60,071 nucleotides of DNA from Octopus bimaculoides (lineage: Eukaryota), in contig NC_069007.1 of NCBI RefSeq assembly GCF_001194135.2, forward strand, positions 16,985,340 to 17,045,410, given 5' to 3'. Position numbers and translations under genes: made by a program. How positions within the stretch are numbered: position 1 is the stretch's first letter; each line of letters begins with the position of its first letter. Shown one piece after another: positions 59,641 through 60,071 of this stretch. The notes below the pieces were generated by a model, which was given only the letters and a program-made list of their open reading frames with translations, ran no database searches and had not been told where the DNA came from.

Positions 59641-60028
59641 TTTACTTGTTTCAGTCATTGGACTGCGACCATGGTGGGGCACCAGCCTGAAGGCTTTAGT
59701 TGAACAAATCGACCCCCTCCACACCAATCTTATTCTTTTATTGCATAGTACTAACTCTATCGATATCTTATTGTCAAACCACTAAGGCACGGGTTGGGGT
59801 ATAAAGAAACTTACACTTGTTGTCAAGCGATGGTGGGGGACAAACAAAGAAATAAACGCACGGCAGGTTTCTTTCAGTTTCTGTCTACCAAATCCATTCA
59901 CAAGACTGGTCGGCCGGGGCAATAGAAGAAGAAGAAGGAAAAAAAATACTTGCCCAAGGTATCGCGCAGCGGGACTGATCCTGGAACCAAGTGGTTGGGA
60001 GGCAAACTTCTTACCCCATAGCTACGCC
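59641..60028 (-). mobile_element. SINE family A, degenerate
   Basis: Recognisable head, middle and tail. Confidence 0.75.
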
Positions 60029-60071
60029 AGGAGTAGGTCATTATTTAAGAGAGATCTATCTGCATTTTTTT

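Overview
AT-rich, microsatellite- and SINE-dense animal DNA with 12 N-gaps. The SINE families and (TA)n/(AAT)n/(ACC)n content point to an octopod cephalopod; this is inference, no search was run. Two convergent spliced genes were rebuilt by hand from splice signals and reading phase. (1) Plus strand: a DBHS-family RNA-binding protein (NONO/SFPQ/PSPC1, nonA/Hrp65 type). Nine coding exons are visible from 13814 to 21805 (510 codons plus stop). The N-terminus and first half of RRM1 are not in the readable sequence. The gene has a GC-AG intron, a 33-nt microexon, a candidate distal alternative last exon at 35261 and a very long UTR-like downstream region. (2) Minus strand, about 57755 to 44914: an apparently complete gene that the ORF track shows only in fragments. 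It encodes a secreted protein of about 457 aa with a signal peptide and three identically spaced C-x25-C-x10-C-x-C modules (chitin-binding type-2-like), separated by a basic Ser/Thr/Lys linker and an acidic poly-Glu linker. It also has a candidate mutually exclusive linker exon and a candidate membrane-anchoring read-through tail. Other notable elements are an intact minimal Penelope-type hammerhead ribozyme in the sense strand of an intron of gene 2, degenerate hammerhead-like motifs in other repeats, and long intronic palindromes. Repeats include tRNA-derived SINEs, hAT and TTAA-type MITEs, RTE/RLE LINE and pogo relics, and minisatellites. Exon models are not transcript-validated.
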